A stretch of 64,000 nt of DNA from Eledone cirrhosa (taxonomy: Eukaryota), in assembly GCA_964016885.1 (NCBI GenBank), contig OZ024761.1:1364001-1428000 (forward strand). Direction: 5' to 3'. Below are positions 25,761-38,350 of the stretch, in pieces. Below the pieces are notes generated by a model, which saw only the letters and a program-made list of their open reading frames with translations, did no database searches and was not told where the DNA came from. The position numbers and the translations under genes are program-made. Each line of letters begins with the position of its first letter. Position 1 is the first letter of the stretch.

Positions 25761-25784
25761 ACTAACCAAATCTGTCCAGTAAAG

Positions 25785-25978
25785 AATTACTGGACAGATT
25801 CTACGGGCAAAACCACGAGCAAAATGGTTGGATAACCTTCATGAACTCGGCTGGTTTCGCTTGGGGATCCAACTAGATCAATTGGAGATGGTTGCTTCTG
25901 GCAGGCCTGCCTGAGGATTCTGACCCATCGCCCTCCCCCACCAGCAACAGGAATAAGTGGGCGAAGAGGAAGAAGAAA
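25785..25978 (+). mobile_element. RTE LINE extreme 3' fragment
   Basis: Translates ..KWLDNLHELGWFRLGIQLDQLEMVASGR..; homologous to the reverse complement of 52100-52200. Confidence 0.6.
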
Positions 25979-26143
25979 AATGAATCATTACCTACAATTA
26001 GACAGGTGACTGGTGACATCATATGATGTAGTACTTAATTCTTCGATTTCGAGTCGCTAACAACATTTCATTGATGTACAAAGAAAGGATTTAATTTTTA
26101 AAAAGTGTGTCACCTTTGTGAAAAGTTTGGGAGGCTCAGTTCT

Positions 26144-26255
<112 letters not shown>

Positions 26256-26749
26256 AATGTATAAGAAAAACAAACCACGAGGCGTGAAGTATAGATGAGA
26301 AGTGAAGAATGTTTGTTCTATATATTGCGTCTCATGGATTATGTGAGTGGTGGTGTGAGCGAAGACAGTGGTACGGCTTTGCCTACGATACAATAAGGTT
26401 TATAGTATGTTGAAAGTTTCTGATATTTTGGTGTTTCCCTGCATCCGAGACTGTATATCATACAGATGTATGAGAATAAATGACTTAATAATTCAGCCCA
26501 CATAATAAGATCGATTGCCTGCTTCAACTGCCTGACTCTGCAAATATCATTCTGACGCACTCTAATCATGTATAAATAAGACACGCGTGCATGCTACACG
26601 TGAGATTGTTTCATGCACTGACTACTCTAAGTTTTCCTCTTGCTTTATCTTCATAGACTGCCAACGCTTCATGTTTATCTTTATTTTCATTCTTGCTTTT
26701 ATTTTTATTTTTATTTTTATTTTTATTTTTATCCTGTAACCTTTACATG

Positions 26750-26951
26750 TAAATTGCCATGCTATATCATTTGATGAGTGTCACCCCACTGTTGATCAAT
26801 ATGCGCATATGTTTTATGTGTCTCTTGGGTTGAAAAGGAGGTCAAGTATGTTATAGATCAGTAAATAGTTGCTCCGAAGAATCCAAACCTCGGTTTGGAG
26901 GAAACAATTGTAAGCAAATAAATGACTTAAACTGAACTTTGATTATTGTAA

Positions 26952-26955
<4 letters not shown>
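26750..26955 (+). repeat. Dispersed repeat (copy at 56250-56460) with a hammerhead-like variant fold
   Basis: Shared TTGAAAAGGAGGTCAAGTATG...TTGCTCCGAAGA..CCAAACCTCGGTTTGG. Confidence 0.7.
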
Positions 26956-27029
<74 letters not shown>

Positions 27030-27809
27030 GGAAGAATTTTTAACTGAAATGTCGAGACTGACACCCAGTATTTATTCAGCAGAAACTCTAATTAAAACGT
27101 CAATTTAATGTAAGTTGTAATGTGTTATATATTTTCGTTAAGGTTGAGATTCTTAACCAAGTGTGATATGTAGCAAATTTGTTTCGCTTCCCCTCACACC
27201 CAACAGCACAGAAAAAAACCCTGATTACTTGTAAAGTTACGGTAAAAATGTCACTGACGCCATTTTAAACAAACGGCGTGAAAAGTCTCTACACAGCGTT
27301 AATGGCAGTCGTGAGGAGAAGATGTAAGAAGGAGAGGGGAGTAGAAAGGAGATAACTTTAAATATAGAAAAATGCTTCAACGGACTAGAATAATGGACTT
27401 CAAAGGGAATACATATTCCGACCAGTAATGCTAACTGCACCATAAGACACACGTAAACACATACATGCACATACAGACACACACATACCTATGAATACAC
27501 ACAGACACACACATACAGGCACATGATACACTACACGCACGTACTCACACATGCATACACAATCAGGTAAATACGCACACACATACATACATACATAGAC
27601 CTACAAATGCGAATACACACAGACACACGATACACACACGTACACACACATATTCACAATCACGTAAATACGCGCACACATACATGCACACACGTATACA
27701 CACACACACACACATGCATAGACTCACAAATGCGAATACACACACACACACTTCCACACACACATGCAAATACACAGACATATGGTGCTGTGTATTGGTA
27801 GGAGGCGGG

Positions 27810-28098
27810 AAGGAAAGGGTGTTGTGTGGGGGTAGGAGTGAGAGGAATGGTGTTGTGTGGTGGTGGGTATAAGGGTGAGGGTGTTGTGTGGGGGTAGGGG
27901 TGGGAGAAAGGGTGCTGTGTGGGGGTAGGGGTGAGGGGAAGGGTGTTGTGTGGTGGTAGGGGTGAGGGGAAGGGTGTTGTGTGGGTAGGGGTGGGAGAAA
28001 GGGTGCTGTGTGGGGGTAGGGGTGAGGGGAAGGGTGTTGTGTGGTGGTAGGGGTGAGGGGAAGGGTGTTGTGTGGGGTAGGGGTGGGAGAAAGGGTGT
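27810..28098. repeat. G-rich ~31-bp minisatellite
   Basis: Repeats of AGGGTGTTGTGTGGGGGTAGGGGTGAGGGGA. Confidence 0.9.
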
Positions 28099-28228
28099 GA
28101 TATCTCGTTAGTGTTAAATAGACAATACCTACCTACACCTATACCAGTAATACCTTTACCTACCAGGTAGATATTCAGCCTGGTTATTTCAAACAAAACA
28201 AATAAATGGGACATTAAACACCAGATAT

Positions 28229-28322
<94 letters not shown>

Positions 28323-28460
28323 CATATTCACACATACACATATATATATACACACACACATTCACACGTATATATATATATACATACACACACACACACA
28401 TATATATATATATACAAATACACACATACACATATATATATATACACACACACATTCACA

Positions 28461-28521
<61 letters not shown>

Positions 28522-28688
28522 TACATACACATATATATATATACATACATACACACACATATATACATACATACACATACATATGTATATATATATATAC
28601 ATACACACATACACATATATATATACATACACACATATATATATATATACATACACACACATATATATTTACATACGTGCATACACAC

Positions 28689-28720
<32 letters not shown>

Positions 28721-29805
28721 ACATACATACACATACATATATATATATATATACAAACACACATAAACACACACTTACACACACCCACACATATATATAT
28801 ATACATACCCACAAACGTGTGTGTGTGTATGAGAGAGGGAGAGAGAGAGAAAGAGAGCGAGGGAGAGAGAATCATGCTTCATAAAGATAAGTTGGTTAAA
28901 TAACTGTCGACTGACGAAGCACGTTGTTCGCTCAGGAAAGCAGAAACTATGTGTAAAATTCTGACTAATTTCACCATTTTGATATGAACTGCCTGATTCC
29001 TTCCTGAGTTTATGATACAAACGCTGTTTGTTTACTGCCATACAGCCGCCAGTCACTATTGAGTGGGACTTGGTAATATGTACCATGTTTTTGCTAAGGG
29101 ATTTTAGGTGCCCATGCTGTCGAGGGCAGACACTGGCACTGACACGCTCTCCATCTTCTCTTCTCGTCTATCCTTTGACACAACTGAACATCCAGGATGT
29201 GATTGCTGGAAGGAGAAAGAGCGCTGCACCCAACATCACTGGATTGGTCCTTTCTTTGAAATTTCAATATATGATGCCCTCTAGCAGTGGAGACTTCTGG
29301 TGTCCAAGGGCCACCTCCCTCCTCACCACCATAGGTGCAGAGCTGGCTAGCCGCAGGCAGGTGAGCCTCGCAAGCTGGAATGGCTCTTCCAGCGCATCTC
29401 TCTCACCCATCCTCCGGGGAAACGTCTTCTCTATTCTATCTGCCGGGGCCAGCGAGTGGGACTTCATTTGCTCATAATAGTGAGAGCAGGGAAGGGCGGG
29501 AGAGACGGAGGCAGTGACAGTGGGAGTTTGGATTGATACTTGTAGAATAATAAAAAAAAAAGTGAAAGATTATTAGTTATATTTAGAATTGTAACTCATA
29601 TGATTACAGGTCTAACAAATATAAACAAAATCTTTGAAGCTACGAAAAGATTCAACAACAGAAACTTCTAGGTGTTTTACAGCTTCCCTTGTTTCCGCTT
29701 TTCTTTTTCGTTTTCTTAGGCATATATTTGGAATATTTGGAATTATATTTTATTCCCTCCCACCCTTTAAAAAATGTTTAATACTTGTTTCACTAGCTCT
29801 TTTTT

Positions 29806-30006
29806 GTGAAGGTGCGTGGCTGATTCGTTAGAGAACTGGTTGTGAGTTCGATTCCTGAACCGGGCGATGCGTTATGTCCTTGAGGAAGACACTTTATTTT
29901 ACCTTCCTCCTTCTACCTGGAGTTGCGACCGGTAGATAGTATTAGCAATAAGAAAGACCAATGGAAACATTGTTTCCTCGGTCCGATTTGACGAAAGTCG
30001 ATCGAC
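29806..30006 (+). mobile_element. CORE-type SINE, same subfamily as 1719-1935
   Basis: Colinear similarity including the tail GGTCCGATTTGACGAAAGTCGATCG. Confidence 0.8.
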
Positions 30007-30652
30007 AAATTTTCCACTAGCTCTTTTTGATTACCAACTATAAGGAGTACTCGATACTTCCCACAGTGTGTCATGGCTTACTAGCTCTATACGGACGTTT
30101 AAATTGAATAAATAAATAAATAAAATATCGTTCTTATATCTCAAAAACCTTCAATCAATTTTATACAGGAATGACCCTCTTCCCATTCGAGGGAGACAAA
30201 TCTTGGACACGAAGTGTTGCCGCTCGTTGTCTATCGCTAGCCTTGTCGCTTGTTGAATTGTGGTGTGGATGTTGGTGATGTTGGTGGTGGTGGCGATGTC
30301 AGTGGTGGTGGTGGTGATGTTGATGGTGGTGGTGGTGTTGGTGGTGGTGGTGGCGGTGTTGATGGTGGTGGCGATGTTGGTGGTGGTGGTGGTGGCGATG
30401 TTGGTGGTGGTGGCGATGATGTTGGTGGTGTTAGCGTTAGTTGTATTGTTGTTTGTTAAACGTGAAGATGTTAAGTCGTTACATGCTATGATATGCCTTC
30501 ATCTTTCAAGCTTCATCCATCATCACAGGCAACCTAACGTAACTTAAGGTAACGTGTAAAACTAGACGGTGTTGCTACGGCTGGGAAATACTATCGGAAT
30601 TTCTCCATTTACAACATCACTCAACACCATGTGTGTGTGTGCATGCGCCCGC

Positions 30653-30728
<76 letters not shown>

Positions 30729-30795
30729 ATGAATGTATGTATGTATGTATTATGTATGTATGTATGTATGTAAATATCTTTTTAGTAAATATCAT

Positions 30796-31097
30796 CTTTT
30801 GGTAAATATCATCTTGGTTAAGAGAGTGGGACTGGCTTTGTGCAGTGCCTTTGCTCACTATAAAAGCTTCACGGCACAGGCATTGCTTTATATCTGGAGA
30901 TATCTCTGCACTTGTCATCACATGGTACCATGGGCCCAGCACTATGTGTCAATAATTGTCACACGTGTAGTGTTTGTACCAGAGTTGTCAAGTCGCTGGC
31001 CGGACTAAAAGTCACACTCGTTCAGCGCATCGGTGGGGGTTCTCCTACATGGATATAAAGTAGTGGCCGTACTCGAAAACGAGTTGGCAGCCACCAT
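30796..31097 (+). mobile_element. 5'-truncated copy of the RTE-derived non-autonomous element
   Basis: Reverse complement of 16499-16806. Confidence 0.8.
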
Positions 31098-31119
31098 GTA
31101 TGTATGTATGTATGCGCGC

Positions 31120-31150
<31 letters not shown>

Positions 31151-31154
<4 letters not shown>

Positions 31155-31412
31155 GGCGCATGGCTTAGTGGTTAGAGCATTGGGCTTGCAATCGAAAGGT
31201 TGTGAGTTCAATTCTCGGACCGAGTGATGTGTTGTTTCCTTGAGCAAGACACTTTATTTCACGTTGCTCCAGTTTACTCAGCTGTAGAAATGAGTACCAG
31301 CCTGCCCGCCCAGCCAGTGGGATGGCGTTATCTTATGGTTAAAACAGCACGACGTGCTGTGACCAGCAGCGCTGATTGGCGCCCTACAGACTGGTCGGTC
31401 AAGGTGATCACG

Positions 31413-31415
<3 letters not shown>
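31151..31415 (+). mobile_element. CORE-type tRNA SINE
   Basis: TGGCTTAGTGG, GAGTTCAATTC, TTCCTTGAGCAAGACACTTT. Confidence 0.8.
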
Positions 31416-31448
<33 letters not shown>

Positions 31449-31465
31449 TGTTTTTAATATAGAAA

Positions 31466-31512
31466 AGCTTCTACAGGACTAGAACTGTTTCATTCGTGAG
31501 AAATCATCAGGA
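31466..31512 (-). ncRNA. Hammerhead ribozyme family D, 5' strand of stem I truncated
   Basis: Minus strand TC-CTGATGA-TTTCTCACGAAT-GAAA-CAG-TTCTAGTC-CTG-TA-GAAGCT. Confidence 0.7.
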
Positions 31513-31540
31513 TATATATATATATATATACGTATATATT

Positions 31541-31597
<57 letters not shown>

Positions 31598-31683
31598 GTA
31601 GGTCCCGGGTTGAGTCAGGGATAACCACAGTAAGTAAGGTACTCAATATATGGCAGAGTAAAATTTTTTTATTTTATAGAAGA

Positions 31684-31734
31684 AGCTTCTACAGGACTAG
31701 TACTGTTTCATTCAGATGAAATCTTCAGGAAGCT
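31684..31734 (-). ncRNA. Type I hammerhead ribozyme (family D), intact
   Basis: Minus strand AGCTTC-CTGAAGA-TTTCATCTGAAT-GAAA-CAG-TACTAGTC-CTG-TA-GAAGCT. Confidence 0.88.
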
Positions 31735-31735
31735 C

Positions 31736-31811
<76 letters not shown>

Positions 31812-31821
31812 AATTGTATAT

Positions 31822-32260
31822 AAAAGAAAAACGAATACAGACATATACATATATGTGTTCAAATCGTAAGGGACCAGATTCGCTAAGGTGATAAGAATAC
31901 TAACTATAGACAATAGGGTTTGCCAGACTCAATTTAATAATAAATCAAGAAAATAAATACAAACCGGAATTGTGGTAACTACCACTCACCCAGACAGCTC
32001 TTGGTGCCGTTACCACAATTCCGGTTTGTATTTATTTTCTTGATTTTTTCTTAAATTTAGACAAGCAAACCCAATTGTCTATAGTTAGTATTCTTTTCAC
32101 CTTAGCGAATCTGGTCCCTTACGATTTGAACACATATATCTATATATCCGTGTTCGTTTTTCTTTTATATTATAATATACGGCTCAGAAATATCTCTTTC
32201 TTAGAGCTATTTTATTGTAAGAGACTATTTTGAGTTCCTAACTCAATATATACCTTTGAT
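31822..32260. mobile_element. Fold-back element with ~160-bp inverted arms
   Basis: 31820-31979 versus 32009-32170 inverted; TA flanks; related to 22310-22540. Confidence 0.8.
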
Positions 32261-32313
32261 ATATATATATATTTATTTATTTATTTACGTATACACACAC
32301 ACATATATATTTA

Positions 32314-32411
32314 CAGGTTGTCCCAAAAAATGTATACACACTTTGATTACCTGTACAGGCAATATTTATTAGAATGGTGTTGAAGTGTGTATACATTTTT
32401 GGGACACCCTG
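32314..32411. mobile_element. Tc1/mariner-type MITE
   Basis: CAGGTTGTCCCAAAAAATGTATACACACTT ... AAGTGTGTATACATTTTTGGGACACCCTG. Confidence 0.8.
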
Positions 32412-32939
32412 TGTATATATTATACTGTTGGGTTAGTTCGGATCTAGCTGTCAAAATGGCTGGAGCTCAGCCGTCGGGGTCCTGACTTTTTTCCTATATA
32501 TATATATATATGTATATACACACATGTACACAAGCACGCAAACCACGACCACCACGTCCCAATGCTACATTCCTGTTTCTCGTTCCTGCTCATCCCCAAC
32601 CTCTACTAACAAAACACTCCCAACAAAACACCCCACCACCTCAGTATACCCCCAAGTCTTATCCCCTCACCCAACCTCACCCAGTTCTGCTTTGTTTACC
32701 TTTATGTCTTCTTAACACACTGACAACACTCAGCACCCGACACCTGGTTGTTACTTATTTGTTACTTCAAGCATTGTTTTACATTTTTACATTTCATTCT
32801 ACCTAACCCACCCTCCCAATCTCTTCTTCCTTTTGCATTTTACCCCGAAATATCTTCCCATGCTTCTTCTTTAACTCTTTAGTACCAACTCGCAGACCTG
32901 CCAACCTCTAAAAACCCAAACGGGGAGAAATGATTTTAC

Positions 32940-33125
32940 ATAATTGTTTCTACTTTAGGCACCAGGCCAGCAAATACCCCAGTGCATTACTGGTACTTTA
33001 TTTTATCGACCCCTTAAGGATGAAAGGCAAAGTCAACCTCGGCGAGATTTGAACTCAGATCGTAAAGGGACGTAACTATGCTGGAAAGCATGGCGTCCGA
33101 CCCTCTACCGATACTGCCAATCCAC
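32940..33125 (-). mobile_element. Meta-domain SINE
   Basis: Reverse complement of 18405-18590; a further fragment lies at 33382-33485 (+). Confidence 0.8.
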
Positions 33126-34321
33126 CGAAAGCTGTACCCATTTTCACAAGAGAAGACATCCCTCACCCACCCCAAAGTGGGTGAGAAATCTCCCCCTCGG
33201 ACGGGGAGAGTTAACAGGTCTGACTGAACCCGTCCAAAACCGGTTTTGGTTCTATAATACAAAACCAACCCAATTTTAAATGGGGTTAAACTTTTTGATA
33301 TCTGCCCGGCCAAAATCGGCTCTGGTTCTACAAAATACAACCAATCAAATTCTAAATGGGTTCCTATTTAAATCTTCCAGCCGCCGAGGTTAACTTTGCC
33401 TTTCATCCTTAAGGGATCGATAAAATAAAGTACCACTAATGCACTGGGATAATTGCTGGCCTTGTACCAAAATTAGAAACAATTATTTTATATATGAACA
33501 AGAGGTTAACCTTTTTACATGAGCCCGGCCAAAACTAGCTCTGATTCTATGAAACAAACCCACCCTGTTTAAATGGTCCCTGTTTAAATTTAAATTTTCT
33601 AATAAAATTCTATTCAAGAATCTTATGTTAACCTTTTTGATACCAAATCAACCCAAACAAAATCCCTTCTGGTCCTATTTTAAAAGAGTTCTTATTCAAA
33701 CTAAAATCCAGCCCCAGAGAAGGTGTTTCCCCGGAGGATGGTAAGAGAGATGCGCTGGAAGAGCCATTCCAACTCGCGAGGCTCAAACCTGCGGCTATCT
33801 AATATAAATGGTGAGAGAGCAGAGAGTCAGAATGAATACTTTAAAGCATTCTATCTGACGTTCTAACGACTCTGCCAACTCGTCGCCTTAAATTGGTATT
33901 AAAAGGGTTAAAAAAAACACCACAAAAGAAATAAACTTAACAGTTTCAAGATGGCGGCTATTCGGTTCGGATGTTTTTATACAGAAGACTGAAATAAACT
34001 ATGGCAAGATGGACGAACAATTTGAAACCACAAAACATTATTAAAAATAGACTTTATACATTGTTATACTAAACACAAACAGAAATGTGTGTAAATAGAA
34101 AACGACATCAAAAGACCTGTCTTGAAATAACTGCACCCCGCTCCACGGTAGTGTGGGTGTATGAGTATATATATATGTGTGTGTGTGTGTATGTATGTAT
34201 ATATATATATGTGTGTGGGTGTGTAATGTGTATGAGTATTTGCATATTGGTATATATATATATATATATATATACATATATGTATGCATATATATATATA
34301 CATACATACATATATGTATGT

Positions 34322-34494
<173 letters not shown>

Positions 34495-34497
34495 CAT

Positions 34498-34531
<34 letters not shown>

Positions 34532-36136
34532 GTCACGTGTATGTGTGTATATGTCTTTGCTGCTGAATATATGTTTGTGTGTACCCCAATTCAAATATGT
34601 CCCGTAAACAATCAACGATCCCACATCCACCCGGAGACTCTTCTCCGACATCCCTCACACACCAATATACCTCCTCCACCACCACCCCGTCACTACGTCT
34701 CCTCTCCATCACCCTCCTCCACCATCCCTCACATGCCAATTTACTTCTCCACCATCAGCATTCGTCTCCCGTCACCCATAAACCACATAAATACCTTACA
34801 CACACACACACAGACACACACACACACAGACACACACACATTTCCCCCATCACTCCCACACCTATTACATCTCCTCCATTACCCCTTACACACAAAAATG
34901 CCCATCGCACCCCACCTTACACACAAATGCCCCTTCCCCCACCTTACACACAAATGCCCCCTCCCCCACCTTACACACAAGTGCCTCCATCTTACACACA
35001 CATGCCCCACCCCACCTCTACCTTACACACAACTGTCCTTATTTACTAATTAACAATTAAGAAACACAATCAGCAAGACACCCCGCTGTTAATTTTCACT
35101 TGTCGTTAATCCTCCATCTACCCCGAATTATCTCCCGTTTTCCCCGATTTATTTTCACCCCCTATTCTTTATTCACATGTCCATTCATATAATCAATCAT
35201 ATGTCCACACATATGCTAAATCAATTAGGGACCAAGCCCTAAAAAGACTCCACTGTCCCTATTACCAGACCCCGACATTTATCTTCAGTTCAGTGCCCAG
35301 TTTTCTATTTCCTTATTTGATCACTCCCGCTGATTTGGGGAGAAGGGGTCGTATTTTTTTGTCTTTTCATTTTTTTAAAAAACCCCAACCCAAACATTTA
35401 AACCTAAATCTAAACCCAAATGCTTATTTATCAAAAACACCTGTTATACACCCACGACAAACAACCTCGCCAGACATACACTGACACACCACAAAACCAA
35501 GACAATCATATACTCACCCCAACCCCATCTACACACACACACACACGCTAGCTACACACACTCACACATACCAGTTATACACACACAAACAAATACTCAC
35601 TCCAGCTACACACACATTCTCACTCCAACTACACACACACGTACCCCCAACTACTCATTTACACAATCTAGTTACACACACACACATACACTCACTCCAA
35701 TTACACACATACACACATACACCCCAGTTACACACATAGACACTCACCCCTGCTACACACACACACACACACACACACTCACCCTAGTTTCACACAAACA
35801 CTGAAGCTACACACCACTAAATTACACAACAGCTTTACACACTTTCACTCAAATTGTTCCTGTCTATTCTTTGTTATTTGTTATCTTCACATACATCACA
35901 TTGTTGCACAAACTAGCATTATAGGTGCAGTGCCACCTTAATGTGGGAAACTGCACTGACTGTCAGGTGGCTGACGAGGTATCGATGCATTTGACAGTAT
36001 GTGTTATGTGACTGCATGCATTTTTCTGCTGATACGCAGGCTGTCCCCGAATCGAATCGGTCTCTATTTTCTATTTGCTATTCTCTATTTCTGTTGACGT
36101 AATCCTGATATCTTATGAAACTTATTCTGCAATTAA

Positions 36137-36208
36137 CACCTGATGAAATCATCTAAGTCTTCCATCTTGATCGGATAATAAGGCTGGACCATCGAAATAT
36201 GTATAGTG
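36137..36208 (+). ncRNA. Degenerate type I hammerhead motif with long stem II region
   Basis: CAC-CTGATGA-(47 nt)-GAAA-TATGTA-TA-GTG. Confidence 0.55.
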
Positions 36209-36326
36209 CTTCCGTGGAGTTAAAATTCTAAAGTGAATTTCCAGTTCACCCTTCTGTTGTTTTTAATGAATACTTAACTCCATTCCATGTACTGTACCGT
36301 TTGTTTTGTTATTTCTGTTTACCTTT

Positions 36327-36387
<61 letters not shown>

Positions 36388-36738
36388 ATGTGTGTGTGTG
36401 TGAATACATACATCACAACACATATTTGTGTGTGTGTGTGTGAGTGTACATACATCACACCAGACTTTTTCGGGTATTATATCCGATCTTTCACCACATA
36501 TCACCAGACTGTATTTTGTCTGCCATCCAATTCAGTATTTCTTTCTGTAAGCCACACCAATACCTTCTTCCTTTAACAGCTTTTTATTACTTAAGAAGAT
36601 TTCGACTTTTTTTTTCTCTCTCTCCTTTCTAAGATTTTGTTACAACATAATACTTCATATATGCGTGTATATGCATGTAGGCATCCCTCCCCATATATAT
36701 GTATATATATGTGTATATATATTTGTATTTAAATATAC

Positions 36739-36769
<31 letters not shown>

Positions 36770-36770
36770 C

Positions 36771-36835
<65 letters not shown>

Positions 36836-36873
36836 CATATATTTATATGCATATATATACACATATATATACA

Positions 36874-36911
<38 letters not shown>

Positions 36912-36922
36912 CATATATATAC

Positions 36923-36971
<49 letters not shown>

Positions 36972-37073
36972 CATATATATACATATATATACATATATAT
37001 ATACATATATATATATATACATATATACATATATATATATACATATATATATATATACATATATACATATATA

Positions 37074-37464
<391 letters not shown>

Positions 37465-37563
37465 AATTTGAAGACTAAAATCCAAAGAGGGCTCGATAAG
37501 GATAAATATATATCAAATATATAAGAACCGTAGAGCAAATATTTATTAAAATAACAGATTAAA

Positions 37564-37608
37564 GTTTAAGCAAAGAATCGCTGCTTTCACCCTTAACGGG
37601 ATCTTCAG
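37564..37608 (-). ncRNA. Hammerhead core (family H), stem I interrupted by an inversion
   Basis: Minus strand CTGAAGA-TCCC-GTTAA-GGGT-GAAA-GCA-(9 nt)-TGC-TT; host element 37460-37620, with a related copy at 59460-59570. Confidence 0.65.
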
Positions 37609-37789
37609 AAGATCCCGTTACGGCTATTTCTGGACTAAAATGGTTTTAGTCCAGAAATAGCCGTCGAAACGGTTTGAGTTCTACCGTCGGGGTCATACTT
37701 GTTCCTATTACCCACTCTACTACCCTAAGTATTCAGTTGAGTACTTTGGTTCGTTATGGTCCATCTGGTTCCTTACCACAATTCCTTCG

Positions 37790-37829
<40 letters not shown>

Positions 37830-38028
37830 CCTGTTAGTTCTATCGTTACTTTGGTATATTATTGTATGTTAGATTTTGCCTACCACAATGTTCGATTTGT
37901 CAAGCTATTTAAACGTATGTTATTACTCTAAGGACCTACCTTATCGAGTGCTTTGCTAACTCATCATTTCATATAAGTAGGCCGAATTTGCTTGCAAACC
38001 GCCAGAGATTCGATTTTATTAAATTTCC

Positions 38029-38075
<47 letters not shown>

Positions 38076-38257
38076 AACCAGTAAGACCCCGACGGGTGAG
38101 CTCAAGCCGTTTCGACGGCTTGAGCTCAGCCGTCGGGGTCTTACTGGTTCCTATTACCCACTCTACTACCCTAAGTATTGAGTACTTTGGTGCGTTATGG
38201 TCCACCTGGTTCCTTACCACATTTCCTTCGTTATATATATATATATATATATATATT

Positions 38258-38349
<92 letters not shown>

Positions 38350-38350
<1 letters not shown>

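Noticed and set aside
30250-30547. Gly/Val-rich, Asp-rich and Thr-rich ORFs (also 3938, 49422, 51845)
   Set aside because: Degenerate (GGT)n/(GAT)n/(GTT)n repeats.
33947-33992. CAAGATGGCGGC YY1-like start context (also AAAATGGCGTC at about 27256-27266 minus)
   Set aside because: The frames stop within 8-13 codons and there is no supporting exon structure; too short to call a promoter.
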